Origin: Eledone cirrhosa
Taxonomy: Eukaryota
Reading direction: 5' to 3'
DNA length: 64,000 nt
Assembly: GCA_964016885.1 (NCBI GenBank)
Contig: OZ024744.1
Location: 60,326,001-60,390,000 of the forward strand
The notes under the pieces are model-generated. The model worked only from the letters and a program-made list of their open reading frames with translations, searched no databases and had not been told where the DNA came from. The stretch's first letter is position 1, and every line of letters starts with the position of its first letter. A program made the translations under genes and the position numbers. Shown here in pieces: positions 49,690-64,000 of the stretch.

Positions 49690-52600
49690 CTCACATTTTC
49701 CCTCCCTCCTGCCCCCACACACCACCATAGACTCACTGACCAATCAAACCACAACATACCTTCATCCATCACCCACAGCAGCAAAGCCTACTACTAGTTA
49801 TCTTTCTTAACGATCCTCCTCTCAAGAAATCTTTGTCTATCATTATATATGGATGATCTGAAGATCATCTTTGAATGAATATGAACCCACACTTTTCAGA
49901 GGACAATGTGAATCTTTAATTCAGATACAGAAAACATATGCCCACCTCCTCCTCTGCAAAACCCCACCCTGCCCCACCATTGACGCCAAACTCCAAAAAT
50001 TCTGAATTGGCACCATCAATGTGAGCACAATGAAAGGAAGAACAGGAGAAATTGTAGAGATGTTAGAGCGAAAGGAAATTGATGTATGTTGTGTACAAGA
50101 GACTAGATGGAGAGGAGGGTTTGCTAGGCTCCTCATTGGCAAAAAACAGTGCTACAAATTTGGCTGGGCGGGAAATGACACAGGTTGGGTGGTGTAGGTA
50201 TACTATTAGCTGACAAATGGGTAGATAAGGTAATCTCAGTGAACAGGGTGAATGCGCAGGGTTACCTGACAAACTTTAATGGTAGGTTTTGCGAGTCCCT
50301 AATACACACTAGCACTCTAATGAACGACAATGACTTCCTACTCATTATAGGGAACTTTAACGGACACATTGGAAAACACAGTGATGGCTTCTACACAGTC
50401 CATGGTGGCTACGGGTTTGGCACAAGAAATGAAAAAAGTTACAGGCTTCTAGAATTCTGCGATGCCAATGACCTGTCAATATGTAACAAGCTTCATAAAA
50501 CCTGACTACCACCTGATCACCTATAGATCCGGGGAGTATACTATTCAGATAGATTTTAACCTTACCAGAGGACAAGATAGATGGATGGTTGTAAACATGA
50601 AAGCCTTCCCTGGCAAGGAATGTACCTCCCAACACAACCTAGTAGTCAGCAACCTCATTGTCAGAACCAGATGAACTTGGAAACAGAAAGCAACCTGGAA
50701 GAAAGATCTGGAAGCTGAAAGATCCCTCAGCTAGTAACAGATTTAGAGATATTTTACTTGACGCTTATGACAGTGAAGAAGAACAGATAGAGACATTCAA
50801 TATAGAAGAACACTGGGAGTTCCTAAAAAATAACTTACTAAAGCCGACAGACGAGATCTGTGGTTGGAGCAATACCACAGGGAGGAGGAGAGTGACTTGG
50901 TGGTGGAACAATAAGGTAGATGAGGCAATCAAGACTAAGAGACAGGCATGGAAACAATGGAAGAATGGAGGAAGCAGGGTATATTACATAGAGAACAGGA
51001 GGGAAGCTAGGCGACAAGTATACTTAGCTAGAAAGGAAGCTAAGAAACAAGTATACTTAACTAGAAGGGAAGCTAGGCAACAAGTATACTTAACTAGAAG
51101 AGAAGCGGAGGATAAAGAATTCCAGCATGTTTTGCAGGAGGTGTTCAGGATTGCAAGGCAGTGTGTTAGAGAAAATTGCGATGTCATTGGTGAGAAGTGT
51201 GTCTGAGATGATAAAGGTGTCCTTGCCCTCACAGCTGCGTGGAAGAGTCATTATGAAAGATTACTGAATGAAGAGAATGCATGGGAGAAAGGGACCCTAA
51301 CCCAAGCAGACCCTATTGAAGGCCCAGCAGTACAAGTCAGCAACAGTGTAGTTAGTAAAACAATTAAGGATATGAAAGCTGGGAAAGCAGCCGGTCCATC
51401 AGGAATAGTTGCTGAGATGCTGAAAGTATCAGGGTCGGTAGGACACACCATAACCACAGGTATTGTAAACCAAGTAATACTAGATGACATCATACCAACT
51501 GATTGGCGCAGCAGCATCATTGTCAATTGCTACAAGAGTAAAGGAGATACACTAGATAGAGGTAACTATAGAGGTATAAAACTATAGAGGTCATGAAAGT
51601 AACAGAGTTTTAGCACAGTTGATTAGGGACAGCGTAAATCTAGATGAGATGCAGTTTGGATTTGTACCAGGCAAAAGCACTCCTGATGCCCTCCTCCTTG
51701 TGAGACAGATATAGGAAAAGTACCTAGCTAAAAGGAAGCCTCACTACCTGGCATTTGTTGATCTGGAGAAAACTTTTGACAGTGTACTGTGACATAATCT
51801 GTGGGCTCTTAGAAAACTAGGAGTAGATAAGTGGCTTGTGAGGGCTGTACAATCTATGTATAGAGGAGCAGTCAGCAAAGTCAGGATTAACAATGACTAT
51901 AGCGAGGAATTTAGCATACAAATTGGCATCCACCAGGGCTCTGTGCTTAGCCCGCTCCTGATTATTATCATTTTGTAGGCTGTAATGGAGGAGTTTAAGA
52001 CCGGCTGCCCATGGGAACTTCTGTACACGGATGATCTTACTCTCATAGCTGAATCTATGGTAGAACTAGAGAAGAAATTCCAAACATGGAAGCAGGGCCT
52101 AGAAAGAAGCGGTCTTAAAGTCAACCTGACAAAGACTAAGGTCCTTGTAAGTAGAAGAGAAAACAGAACCACCGATCCCCTCAGGGAAATGACCTTACTC
52201 AGTATGTAGGAAAAGTGTAAGTAGAAATTCCATCCTCTGCCTCATATGCAAACTATCGGAACACAAGAGATGTAGTGGGATCTCTGGAAGTTTAGCTAAG
52301 AATGTAAGCTTTACATGTAGCAGTTGAACTGGAACAGTAAGCAGCAAATGACCAAATGACCACAGGAAACAAGCACTACCAAATTCTGGGAGGGCTCTGT
52401 AGAAACAATAGACAGCTTCTGCTACTAAGGTGATCAAATTAGCAGAGGTGGGTGTTCTGAAAGTACAGTAGCCACAGTAAGAATGAGATGGAAGAAGTTC
52501 AGGGAGCTACTACCACTGCTGGCTACAAAAGGCTTCTCCGCCAGAATGGAAGGCAGACTGTATGATACATGCATATGAACAGCAATGTTACATGGTAGTG

Positions 52601-53255
52601 AGACCTGGACACTGTCTGTAAAAGATTTGTGTAGATTGGAAAGAAATGAAGCTTGCATGCTCCAATGGATGTGTAATAGTAATATACGAGAATTGTGAAG
52701 CATAAACGAACCGAGAAAGAGACTAGGCATAAGAGGAATCAAATACTGTGTGCAGGAGAGGAGATTGCGTTGGATGTGTATAAAGGATGACAGCTACATA
52801 AAAAGGTGCAGAGCACTAAAAGTCGATGGAAGCCTTGGAGTGAGGAGACACAGGAAGACTTGGGATGAGGTGATAATAGCTAACCTTGCCCAATTGCACC
52901 TCTCAAAGGCGATGACACAGGACCAAGATCTCTAGCGATACGCAGTAATACAGAAGACCCAACTTCCCATGAGCACAAGCCAAAGCATATATACAGTATG
53001 CCCCAACCCAACCCACCCTCCCATGCACCCCTAGCAGGACAGGCCTAAGTAAATGCGTTCAGTGAAGGTATGATGACAAAAAGAACCCAGTCCGCACTGT
53101 AAATTGGTCGTGTAGGCGTCACAACAAAAAGCACTCAGTACTCACTGTAAAGAGGTTGGTGTTAGGAAGGGCATCCAGTCCTGTATGAGCAAGACATGGT
53201 CACCTGACAGGACAACCCATCTAACCCATGCTAGCGTGGAAAATAAACGTAAAAA
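49690..53255 (+). mobile_element. RTE LINE subfamily A, near full length, degenerate
   Basis: GTINV, CCVQETRW, GNFNGH, NYRGIKL, LYTDD, 3' UTR module; 33-bp in-frame triplication ~50999-51105. Confidence 0.92.
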
Positions 53256-54249
53256 ATTATAATTTTGACGTATTTAACTCAAAGGGAATAGAATAATGTA
53301 TTTATGTATTTGCTTTTTATTTATGATTTGCTAAAAAGTTAAACATTTATAATTTATTACTATCTCCCCTCCTCATAGAGATTTCTAGTTATCAATTGCT
53401 CTATGGCCCAGGAAAACGCCTTCTTCACTAATTTACTTATTTCAAACACCAATAAATCTACCATCAATCTTAAAGATACTTCTAGTTATTTCGGTTCTCG
53501 TGCTATCGTAAGTTAGCTAACAATCTATAGTATTATGGATTCCTATTTTATATAAGTGTATTTATAACAGGTATATCAAAGCCATCGCAATACCTTGGCA
53601 AAAGGAAGTAATAGAATTGAATGCTAACTAATAGCTTTCTTTAACATTGCTAACGCTATAGTTCTTACAATGGTTCTTACGTATTGACCTACTATATGTG
53701 TTTATAATAGTACATATTCACTCCATATACCAGGCGTGCCTTTGCTGCAGTACAGGAATGGCGGCGTTTAAACTTGTCCCTCATGCTTAAGCTGTGTGTA
53801 ATGGGTCTCTGCCTGTATTGTAGCTATCTAATCAGTTAGTCCTAAAGGACAATATGTTTATAATAATGAAAATATTCTATTTCTACCTAAGGATGCTTTA
53901 GGAAAGGGACAAGTGTGCTCTGGGCTTTCTATATCTTAGTGTGTAAATGACTAATGCTAACAACATGAAAATCTCTTAATAGCTGTGAATAGTCATCCAG
54001 TTTGATATGTCCAATACTAGCAGCAGGCACATTCCTTACTAAGTTTTAGTGGTCATCTAGCAGACAAATAAACAAAGAAATGTCACAAATTAACTACACA
54101 CACACTTTTCACTCCCTTGATATCTGCATTCCTCACAACACATACACACTTACACCCACACCTACATATACCATACACATACTCACACCTACACATTTTT
54201 CGCTACACATATGCACAAAAAACATTAAACACAAACAGGGTTTTTTTTT

Positions 54250-55595
54250 CATTCATTCAAATGAAATTGACCAGCCATCAACCACTCTTTGAAGATTGCT
54301 CTGAGCCCCCCAACCCAACCCCACCTTGATAATGGATGGTAAATCAGAAAGTATTTAAGATCATTAAAATTGCTAAGGTAAAATTCTACCATTCTCACTC
54401 TTCTCAGTTCTTTTTTTTTTTTTACCCCCAGATACATAAAACTTCTACTCAAGGAAATAGCAACTGGCAAGATTCAAAACTCAGTACTGCCACCCTCAAT
54501 GTTTGCACTCTGAAAGTTAAATCAGGTGAAATTGTGGAACTGCTACAGCAGAGAGAAGTGGACATTTGCAGTGTACAAGAGGAGAGATGGAGGGGTGCCT
54601 CAGCAAGACTACAGGCAAACACTATAGATATAAGCTTTACTGGATAGGAAATGACAATGTGATAGGTGTAGGTATCTTACTAACTGAGAAATGGATAGAT
54701 AAAGTGATAGAAGTAGTTAAAGTAAACAATAGAATTATCAAGCTTAGATTAGTAGTAGGAAATAGACTGGTGACAATTACATCTTTCTATGGCCCACAGG
54801 CAAGACTGGGAAAAGAACGAAAGGACAGATTCCATGAAGAAATTTTACTGACAACTTCAAATCAACCTGGCAGGTGACTTCAATGGACATATGGAACAGA
54901 ACCACGACAGCTTCAGTGAAGTTCATGGCAGCTGTGGTTATGGTTCAAGGAATGAAGAGGGACTGAGTCTCCTGGAATTCTGTGATGCAAATGAACTAAC
55001 CATCTGCAACACAAGTTTGAGGAAACCAGCCAACCATCTAATTTCATATCAATCTGGTGAAGACAAAAGTCAAATTGTTTACGTACTTGTAAGACAACAC
55101 GACAAACAGACTGCAATAAATACTAAGGCTTTCCCTGGGGAAGAATGCACCACTCAGCACAAGTTAGAACAAGACACGCAGGAAAATATGGAGACAGAGG
55201 GTCTGGAAGCTAAAGGACCTCTCAATTAAGTATAAATTTAGAAAGGCCCTTCTGGGCACATTTGATGAGAGAAGTGATGAGCTAGATACCTCTGACAACT
55301 GGAAAGTCTTACGTGACAACTGTTTGCAAACTATTGATGAAACTTGTGGTTGGAGTAGATTACCAGCCAGTCAGAAGGTTAAGTGGATAGAGCCATCAAA
55401 GCCAAGAAACTGGCTTGGAAAGACTGGAAAAATGAGGGTACCAAAGATTAGTACCAGGTAGCTAAGAAAAAAGCTAGGTGACAAGTATACATAGCTTGGA
55501 AAGAAGCTGAAGAAAGAAAGTTTGCCAAAGTCCTGATACATGAGGATCAGAGATGCGAAGTGTTCTGCATTGCAAGGCAATGTGTTTGTGTGAAT
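54250..55595 (+). mobile_element. RTE LINE 5' part (resumes at 59160)
   Basis: ATLNV, CSVQEERW, EFCDANEL; breaks at gtgtgaatca. Confidence 0.85.
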
Positions 55596-58500
55596 CATAT
55601 AGAATAGCTGGGTTTGTGTTTATGATAACAGAGGCTCGAAATCGCCATTTCTCATCCCACCCACATCTATCACCTTCCGGTATACATGCCTGGCACTGCA
55701 CGCTAACCAATCATGCACATAGCACGTTAAACCAAGTTCTGCTCAGAGCAGACAGGGAGCAGACTGAGGTTCCATAAGCCATAGAGTAAGCAGCCTATCT
55801 AGGAGAGCTACCACTTCGAATAAATTGGTGCGGAGTAGAGAAGTCCCCTAAGTCCAGTAAGACAACCTCTCTAGTGCTGGTGACACGAATAAAAACACCC
55901 AGTACATGCTGTAAAGTGGCGCTGGTGTTAGGAAGGGCATCCAACCAGTATATATTAATGCCAAAAACTATGAGCACAACAAATAAGAATTGCAACAACT
56001 GCGTAAACAGCAATAACACTAACCCTGTTAGGGCTGCAGTGGGGTAGTGGGGTGGCTGGTGCAGCCATGTGCGAGTACCTCCTGACCACCATCAAGCAAT
56101 CACACAACAAGAACAAGAATATGAAGACGTTAAATCTTAGAGTTGCCACAATTAATGTTGGCACTCTAACAGATAGATCTGGTGAGATATTGGAGATGCT
56201 AGAGAGAAGGCATCTGGATGTGTGCTGCGTGCAAGAGGTGAGATGGAGAGGTGCCTCTGCAAGACTAATCACAGGAAACATCTCAGTTATAAGCTTTTCT
56301 GGATAGGGAATGATGATGGGTTAGGTGGGGTGGGCATATTACTGGCTGAGAGATGGATTGATAAGACAATAGAGGAAGTTAGAGTTAGTAATAGAATAAT
56401 TAAGCTTAGATTAGTTGTAGGCAGGAGACTACTGAAATCATCTCTACCTATGCTCCACAGGCAGGCCTAGGTAAAGAAGAGAAAGACTGCTTTTACGAGC
56501 AAATTTTAGAGCCTCAATGACAGACGACAGAGACATCGTTATGCTAGCAGGGGACTTCAATGGACATGTTGGACAGCTCCAGGATGGATACACTGGGGTA
56601 CATGGTGGGCTCGGTTATGGCACAAGAAACGAAGAAGGAGTAAGGCTTCTTGAATTTTGTGATGCAAGTGCACTAACCATTTGTAACACTAACTTCAAGA
56701 AACCTACCAACCACCTAATAACCTACAAATCAGGTGAGAACATAAGCCAGATTGACTTCTTGCTAGTTAGGCAGCGAGACAGACATATGATGTCAAATAC
56801 TAAGGCATACCTTGGGAAGAATGTACCCCACAGCATAGGTTAGTCATTAGTGACATCTCAATAAGCAAGAGACAGAATGAGACATACAGGAAGGAGTGGA
56901 AAAGAAAGGTTTGGAAGCTAAAAGACCTTTCACTAAAATATAAATTTAGGAAAGCCCTTCAAGATGTGTATGACGAGAAAGAAGATGATTTAGAATGACA
57001 TAGATTAGATGATAACTGGAATTTCTTATGTGACAACTTACTGCAGGCTACTGAAGAAACTTGTGGTTGGAGCAGAGCTTCCACCAGACAGAGAGTGACC
57101 TGGTGGTGGAACAGCACGGTAGATAGGGCCATTAGAGATAAAAGATTAGCATGGAACACTTGGGAAAATGGTGGGAGTAGAGACCGATACACAGCCGCTA
57201 AGAGAGAAGCTAGATGTCAGGTGTACTTAGCACGCAAGGAGGCTGAGAGTAAGAAGCTTGCCAATGTCTTGCGACAGGAAGATCTGAGATGTGCTGTGTT
57301 CCACAAGGCAGTGTGCCACTGTAAATCAGGATGTTGTTGGAGATAAGTGTGTCTGAAATGATGATGGTATACTTAGTGTCACAAATGATCAGAAAAAGGA
57401 GGCCTGGAAATGTCATTATGAGAGACTGATGAATGTGGAGAATGAATGGGAGAGAAAGAGAAACTACCCCTGGTAGACCTGACAGAGGGACCAGCTATTG
57501 AGATTGACGAATATAGGGTCCAAAAGACAATTAAGGAAATGAAAAATGGTAGGCTGCTGGACCGTCAGGGATAGTTGGTGAGATGCTGAAGGCATCAGGA
57601 GAAGTAGGCACTAAACTGGTTGCACGCTTCATCTATCAAGCTATATATGGCCAAAGATTGGTGCAACAGTATTCTCATAAATTGTTACAAGGGTAATTGT
57701 TACAGAGGAGCAATTATAGGGGCATAAAACTGATGGATCAGGTTATGAAAGTGACAGAAGAATATTAGCGCAACTAATTAGAGAAAACTGGTCAAATTAG
57801 ATGAGATACAGTTTGGTTTTGTGCCTGGGAAAAGTACAACAGATGCCTTCTTTTTAGTGAGACAACTACAAGAATAAGCGACTATACTTAGCTTTTGTTA
57901 ACCTAGAGAAGGCCTTTGTTAGGGTTCCCTGATCTGTCATCTGGTGGTCCCTAAGGAAACTAGGTGTAGAGGAATGGCTTGTGAGGACAGTGCAAACTAT
58001 GTATAGGGGTGCTGTTAGTAAAGTGAGAGTAGGAATGGAGTTTAGTGAGGAATTCCAGATACAAGTAGGAGTACATCAGGGTTCGGTCCTCAGCCCACTC
58101 TTGTTCATTATAGTCCTTCAAACCATAACAGAGGAGTTTAAGACTGGCTGCCCATGGAAACATCTCTATGCTGACGATCTGGTTCTTATAGCAGAATCAG
58201 TAGATGAGCTAGAGAATAAATTCTCGCTTTGGAAACAGCAGTTGGGATCAGGAGGACTGAAAGTGAACCTAGCTAAGACAAAAGTGTTAATAAGTAGAAA
58301 AGAGGACAAAACTCTGGTTCCATCAGGGAAATGGGCACGTTCGATATGTAGAGAAGAAGCTGGCATAAATTCTATAAAATGTACACAATGCAGATCTTGG
58401 GTACACAAGAGATGTAGTGGGATAGCAGGCAAACTAACAGGTAGGGAAAATTACGTATGCAGTAGATGTAAGGGAAATTTGACAATGGAAGTTGCAGGAA

Positions 58501-59163
58501 TAGACACATTTTTCAACTGCAGGTAGCTTCTATAGAAGTGGTTGATAGCTTCCAGTACCTAAGTGATCAGATTAGCATGGGAGGGGGGGGGGGTTCCGAG
58601 GCCATAGGATCTAGAATAAGGATGGGTTGGAAGGAGTTTAGGGAACTGCTTCCTCTGTTGACAAAAAAAGGGTTTCTCCCTACATATGAAAGGCCAGTTA
58701 TATGATGCCTGCGTGAGATGCACGGTGCTGCATGGTAGTGAGACATGGGTAGCAACTGCAGAGGATATGCGACAGCTGGAGAGAAATGAAGCAAGCATGC
58801 TCCGTTGGATGTGCAATGTCAATGTGCGTGAACGACCAAGCATAGATGAGTTGAGAGAGAAACTATGTATAAGAGGGATAAGTTGTAGTGTGCAGGAGAG
58901 AAGACTGTGATGGTATGGACATGTGATGTGCATGGAGGATGACCGCTGGGTAAAGAAGTACCAAGAAATCCCAGAAGAAGAAAGATGAAGTAGAGGAAGA
59001 CCACGAAAAACATGGGCGGAGGTGGTGAGAGCAGACCTCAGATCGCTGAAGTTCATGGAGGAGGTGACGAAGGACTGTGACAAGTGGAGGGATGCTGTGC
59101 TGAATAGGACCCATCCCACCCTTGCAAGTAGGGAAAAGTGGACGTAAAATGATGATGATGATG
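55596..59163 (+). mobile_element. RTE LINE subfamily B with long 5' UTR, degenerate
   Basis: ATINVGTL, AGDFNGHVG, GVHQGSVLSPLLF, LYADD, (GAT)n tail. Confidence 0.92.
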
Positions 59164-60370
59164 TTGTTGGAGAGAAGTGTATTAGAAACGACAGTAGTGT
59201 ATTTAGCATCACTGACGCTCAAAAGAAAGAGACCTTGAAATGTTACTATGAGAGACTGATGAATGTAGAGAATGAATGAGAAGAAAAGAAATCACCCCCA
59301 ACCCACCAAACAGAAGAGCCAGCCATTGAAGTTGACAGTTATAGAGTTAAAGAAGTAATGAAAGAGATGAAAAATCGTAAAGCTGCAGGACCAGCAGAAA
59401 TAACTGCTGAGATGCTAAAAGCATCGGGAGAAGTAGGAGTCAAATTAGTAACCCGCATAGTCTATCAGGTAATACAGAACTGTGTCATACCCAATGACTG
59501 GCACAGTAGTACAATCGTAAATTGTTAAAAGGGAAAAGTTGATACTCTAGAGAGGAGCAACTGCAGAGTAATAAAACTAATGGACCAAGTTATAAAAGTA
59601 GTTGCAAGAGTAATAGCACAACTAAATAGGAAAAGAGTCAAATTAGATGAGATGCAGTTTGTTTTCATGCCTGGGAAAAGTAATGCAGATGCCCCCTTTT
59701 TAGTGAGAAGTTCCTAGCCAAAAATAAGCTTCAATATTTAGCTGTCAGCAAAGTGAGAGTAAGAATTCAATGTACAAGTAGGAGTTTGTCAAGATCCAGA
59801 TCTGAGCTCACTATTATTCATTAGAGTCCTCCAGGCTATCACAGAGGAATTTAAGACTGGCTTCCCATGGGAACTTCTCTATGCAGATAATCTGGTCCTT
59901 TTAGCCAAATCCATTAAAGATCTAGAAAATAAATTCTATGGAAACAGAATTTATAATCAAAATGTCTGAGAGTAAACATAGACAAAACTAAAGTGCTGGT
60001 GAGTAGGAGTAGATAAAATCTTGATTTCTTCAGGAAAGTGGCCCTGCTCAGTTTGTAGAAAGGGAGTAAGCATAAACTCTATACAATGTACACAATGTAA
60101 ATCTTGGGTATACAAAAGATATAGTGGGATAACAAGTAGACTAACAGGAAGGGAATACTTTGTTTGTAGAAGATGCACAGTGGTAACTGACAGAAAGATA
60201 ATCAGTGATGAAAGCTTATTCCAGGACCTATAGAAGTGGTTGATAACTTCTATCTAGGCAACATAATTAGCAATGGAGGATGGTGCTCTGAGAGCATAAT
60301 AGCTAGAATAAGGATAGGATGGAAAAGTTCAAAGAGCTACTCCCACACAAAAGGTTTCTCCCTACAAAGA
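59160..60370 (+). mobile_element. RTE continuation of 54250-55595
   Basis: Resumes at DVVGEKCIRND; RT and Cys-finger remnants. Confidence 0.83.
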
Positions 60371-60914
60371 AAGATGATACATTCATAGAATATCTGGGCA
60401 TTGCCAGGTAGCTCTGTAGTAAGCAAAGGCACAGCGGAACAATTGGATTGCGTTTGGTAAGTCACCGGGCCTGTAAGTCAGTGGCGTAGAAATACCAGGT
60501 ACTTATTTCTGCCCAGCTAACGAATTTGTGCCTTTTTTCACTTCTAAACAGTTGCTGCTTTCATTTCATGGAAACCTAATTACATTCCCAGTCGATACTA
60601 GCAAGATATAGCACTAAACAAGAAACTTTGGCCCTGTCGGCAAGGGCCCAGCAACATCTTACTTAGATATATGCCACAACGGTGGCTAGCATTTTATTGT
60701 AATATTTTACAGAAGAAAATAAAACCTTTATAAAATGTTTTAACAGCCTTCTGATAACTTCTGCCACCATTGAATCTTCACACATCTTAAAAATATCTAA
60801 TCTGCTAAAGTGGTACAACCAAATAACATCTTTTTCTGCTAAAACTCTGCTACTCACAAATCCAGGTATATCCTTCATACTTTAGTCATAAACTCATGTA
60901 TATATATTTTTCAT

Positions 60915-61160
60915 ATGATAATCAGATTTCATCCTTTCAAGAGGACAAGATAGATAGACTGTTGTAAAATAGAAAGCCTTCCATGGCAAGGAATGCACCT
61001 CCCAACATAACCTAGTAGTCAACGACCTCATTGTCAGAGCTAGACGAACTTTGAAACAGAAGACGAACTTTGAAACAGAAGACAATCTGGAGAAGAAAGA
61101 TCTGGAAGCTGAAAGATCCCTCAGTAACAGATTTAGAGATATTTTACTTGATGCTTATAA
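60915..61160 (+). mobile_element. Short RTE fragment
   Basis: Matches ~50550-50770; 19-bp tandem duplication near 61045. Confidence 0.8.
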
Positions 61161-61215
61161 AATTGCTGGTATATCATCCTCATATAGCATCATCAGTAGA
61201 CTGAATGTAAACATA

Positions 61216-62865
61216 GCTCCTTGTGGCTACTGATGCAGACATCATGTCCACCATCAGGTCCTTCCCAGCTAGCAGCTGCGGAGATGTTGATGGTCTCCGA
61301 CCAGGCCACCTCAAGGAGTTGACATCCCCCCTCTTCACTGAGGCCGGGCGCCGCCTTCTGAGTGCAATTGTGGCACTCATCAATAGGCTCATCCATGGTG
61401 CCCTGGACCCTTATGCTCGAGGCCTCTTTTTTTTGGCCAGCCTCAGCACTCTCAGGAAGAAAGAGGGTGGCATACGCCCCATTGCTGTGGGCAATGTCTT
61501 CCAGAGGCTGGCTGCCAAGGTGATCTGCAAGTCTGTAACACACGAACTGGGTGAGGAGTTTAGTCCAGTACAACTGGGTGTCAGCGTGTCCGGTGGCTGT
61601 GAGGGGGCCGCTCATGCAACCAGGCAGTTCTTCAACAGCTGCCCATCGGCACCGACATCCAGGGACTCCAGGAACCTCATTGTCAAGCTTGACATGAGGA
61701 ATGCCTTCAACTCTTTACGCCGGGATCATCTGCTCGATGCCTGCCTCAGCCGAGCCCCCTCTGCCTACCTGCTGGCCTACCTGTCATATGGAGCCCCGAA
61801 CATGCCCTCAGCTGATACGGTCATGCCCTCAGCTACTGGGGTCCAACAGGGTGACTCTTTGGGATCCCTCCTGTTCGCCCTTGGTATTGACCACATCGCC
61901 CGGAGTATCGCGACCCCTCTCAACGTTTGGTATCTGGATGATGCTATGTTGGGCGGGCCCGTACGGACGGTCTGCCATGACCTTCAATCGGTGGTTCCTG
62001 CCCTGGCGGGAATCGGCCTCCAGGTCAACTCGGCCAAGTTGGAGGTGGTGAACGTCAGCCTCGATGCTGCGAGCTTTGTAGCCTCCGTCTTGGACGTGTG
62101 GTCCATTCTCCGCCAGGTTCAGGTGACCCCCAAAGAGGATGTCCTCATCCTCAGGTCACCGATCCACCCGCTAGCCATTAGGTGCAGGCTTCAACAGCTC
62201 CAGACTCTCATGAGCCTACTGGACTTGATTGACAGCCACCCAACTCTTTTTCTGTTGAGGAACTGCTTCACCTTGCCGTAGCTCCTCTATACACTCCGCA
62301 GCGTTCCATGCTACACCCAGACATCTCTCTTCGCTGACCTCGATACTTGTATCCGAGCAGCAGCCGAGGGGATATGCAACGTCAAGTTTGACGACATAGG
62401 GTGGCAACAGGCCACTTTACCTGTCAGGTATGGCGGCCTTGGCCTCCGGTCTCACTAGCTTTGCCGGCGTATCTTTCATCGGTAACCTTGTGCCGCGTCC
62501 TCGTCAGCAGGGTTCTTCAAAGCACAACATAACCCTCTGAGGGGGCCAAACTCCTCAAATACTGGTCACTCTGACAGGTTTGCAGTCGTACCCCTGGCAG
62601 TGGAGACTTCCGGTGTTCTCGGGCCCCAAGGCTCCCTCCTTACTGATAGGCGCTGAGCTGGCCAGCCGCAGGTGTGAGCTCCGCGAGTTGGAGTGGCTTT
62701 TCCAGCGCATCTCCCTTGCTGTCTTCCGGGGAAACGCCTTCTCCATTCTGTCCGCCGGGGTTGTGGGTGGGCCCATCGCGTACCATTGTAGTTTTTGTAT
62801 ACAGATATTAATTCATCAATCCCATTGTCCTAATAGTATTTACTTACAAGAGCTTGATTATTAAA
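61216..62865 (+). mobile_element. CRE-like copy; open RT ORF 61223-62281, internally deleted RLE end
   Basis: GGIRPIAVG, KLDMRNAFNS, GVQQGD, WYLDD; PLAVETSG, FQRISLAVFRGNA. Confidence 0.9.
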
Positions 62866-62983
62866 CAAGCTTAGTAGCTGACATGGAGTATTTACATCAT
62901 TTGAAACTCTCTTATAGATCATATGCTAGATTATGTTAAACATGGAAACAAAATTTGACATCTTACATAAAGACTATCATATA

Positions 62984-64000
62984 CTGGCTGATGTACCCAG
63001 CTTCGCCTGGGTAAACAGATGATAAAAGACAGGTAGAAGAGAAAACAGCCGTTTGTCTGGTCTACAGTATGAGGCGAGACCCTGGTTTGTGTGTTACAAA
63101 AAAATAAACAGTAAAAAAAAAAATTTTTTTTAAATCTTCCAGATACACCAGATTCTTTGTTTTACTGCCTGTGCATAGTATATGAAGATTTCTAGATGTT
63201 CCCACTCGTGAACAACTTACATATAACTGTCCATGGGTAAAAAGCGATTCTCATGTCCTACAACTTTGAAACTCCGAGCCTGAGCTTTATGTACATTCAT
63301 AGCAAAACTGGCTCTAACAGGGAACTGAAGTCTTGAGAATTTGAATGGTAGGTAGCTCAGTAGAGAAAAGGATAAGAGGAATCTTGGGAATAAATGCATT
63401 TTCTGCTTGACTGCCTCCAAGAATAGTGAATTATAGATGGTTCATCATCATCCTGGTTGTAAAGTATGTGCCCTTGCATAGAAGTAGCGGGTCCATGTTT
63501 CTCAAAAGGACAATGGAAGTTCCAATATTTTATATGTAGATATATATAGATATAGTGTGCGCGCGTGCGTGTGTGCGTGCGTGCATGCGTGTGTGTGCAT
63601 GTACGTGTATGCGCATGTGCGTGCATGCGTGTGTGTAAACCAGTGTCCGAATCATGTGTTTAATTTGATTAAGTATTTACGTGAAGATGTGTGTGTATGT
63701 GACTTACTAAGGTGTAACATACGTAATGAATGCACAAACACACACAGACATATACACACTCATATACAAAATGTGATGTCATCGTGTTATAAAATATACG
63801 TTTATCTAAAATAATCTACTATAAACAACTATAAGTAAAGTGTTATATTGTATTAATCCAAATGAAAATAGTTATATGTTGTCACTCCCATGGCTAAATA
63901 CTATTACCTCATAAAATTTAAGTTGATTTGGTCAAGCCATTTGGGAATGCGTAAGGAAAAGACAGACAGACAGACAGAGAGACAAAGAATTTTATATATA
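62984..64000 (-). mobile_element. Deleted Helitron with PIF1-like helicase C-terminal remnant (~63190-63530)
   Basis: PFKFSRLQFPVRASFAMNVHKAQ; 3' hairpin ACCCAG-cttcgc-CTGGGT (62995-63012) and terminal CCAG|T; (GACA)n near the 5' end. Confidence 0.82.

Noticed and set aside
55700-55830. HDV-like ribozyme in the RTE-B 5' UTR
   Set aside because: Plausible for RTEs and a TCTGCTC/GAGCAGA stem is present, but I could not build the nested double pseudoknot by eye

Overview
Eukaryotic (animal, very probably octopod/cephalopod) repeat-dense DNA. No host protein-coding gene, rRNA, tRNA gene or CRISPR array can be supported. Most of the window is nested, mostly decayed transposons: about 14 RTE-clade LINE copies or fragments with (GAT)n tails, one near-complete Ty3/Gypsy LTR element (6476-10469, TSD ACCCA), a CsRn1-like Gypsy remnant, two solo LTRs, about 6 Penelope-like fragments with degenerate hammerhead cores, about 5 CRE-like non-LTR copies, an L1/Tx1-like fragment, Helitron pieces, Ginger-like and pogo-like MITEs, a SINE head and microsatellites. 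Best leads: (1) the Gypsy element has no canonical TGG primer-binding site; instead it has 12 nt exactly complementary to the 5' end of metazoan tRNA-Phe (recalled sequence), which can also fold back on U5; (2) a structured RNA module lies in the 5' UTR of one RTE subfamily and the 3' UTR of another; (3) retroelements are strongly biased to the + strand (possible unistrand piRNA cluster or intron of a minus-strand gene); (4) both the RTE and CRE proteins carry PHD-type fingers; (5) deep nesting can be reconstructed. Family names come from motif recognition, not database searches. Ends without TSD/TIR support are approximate.
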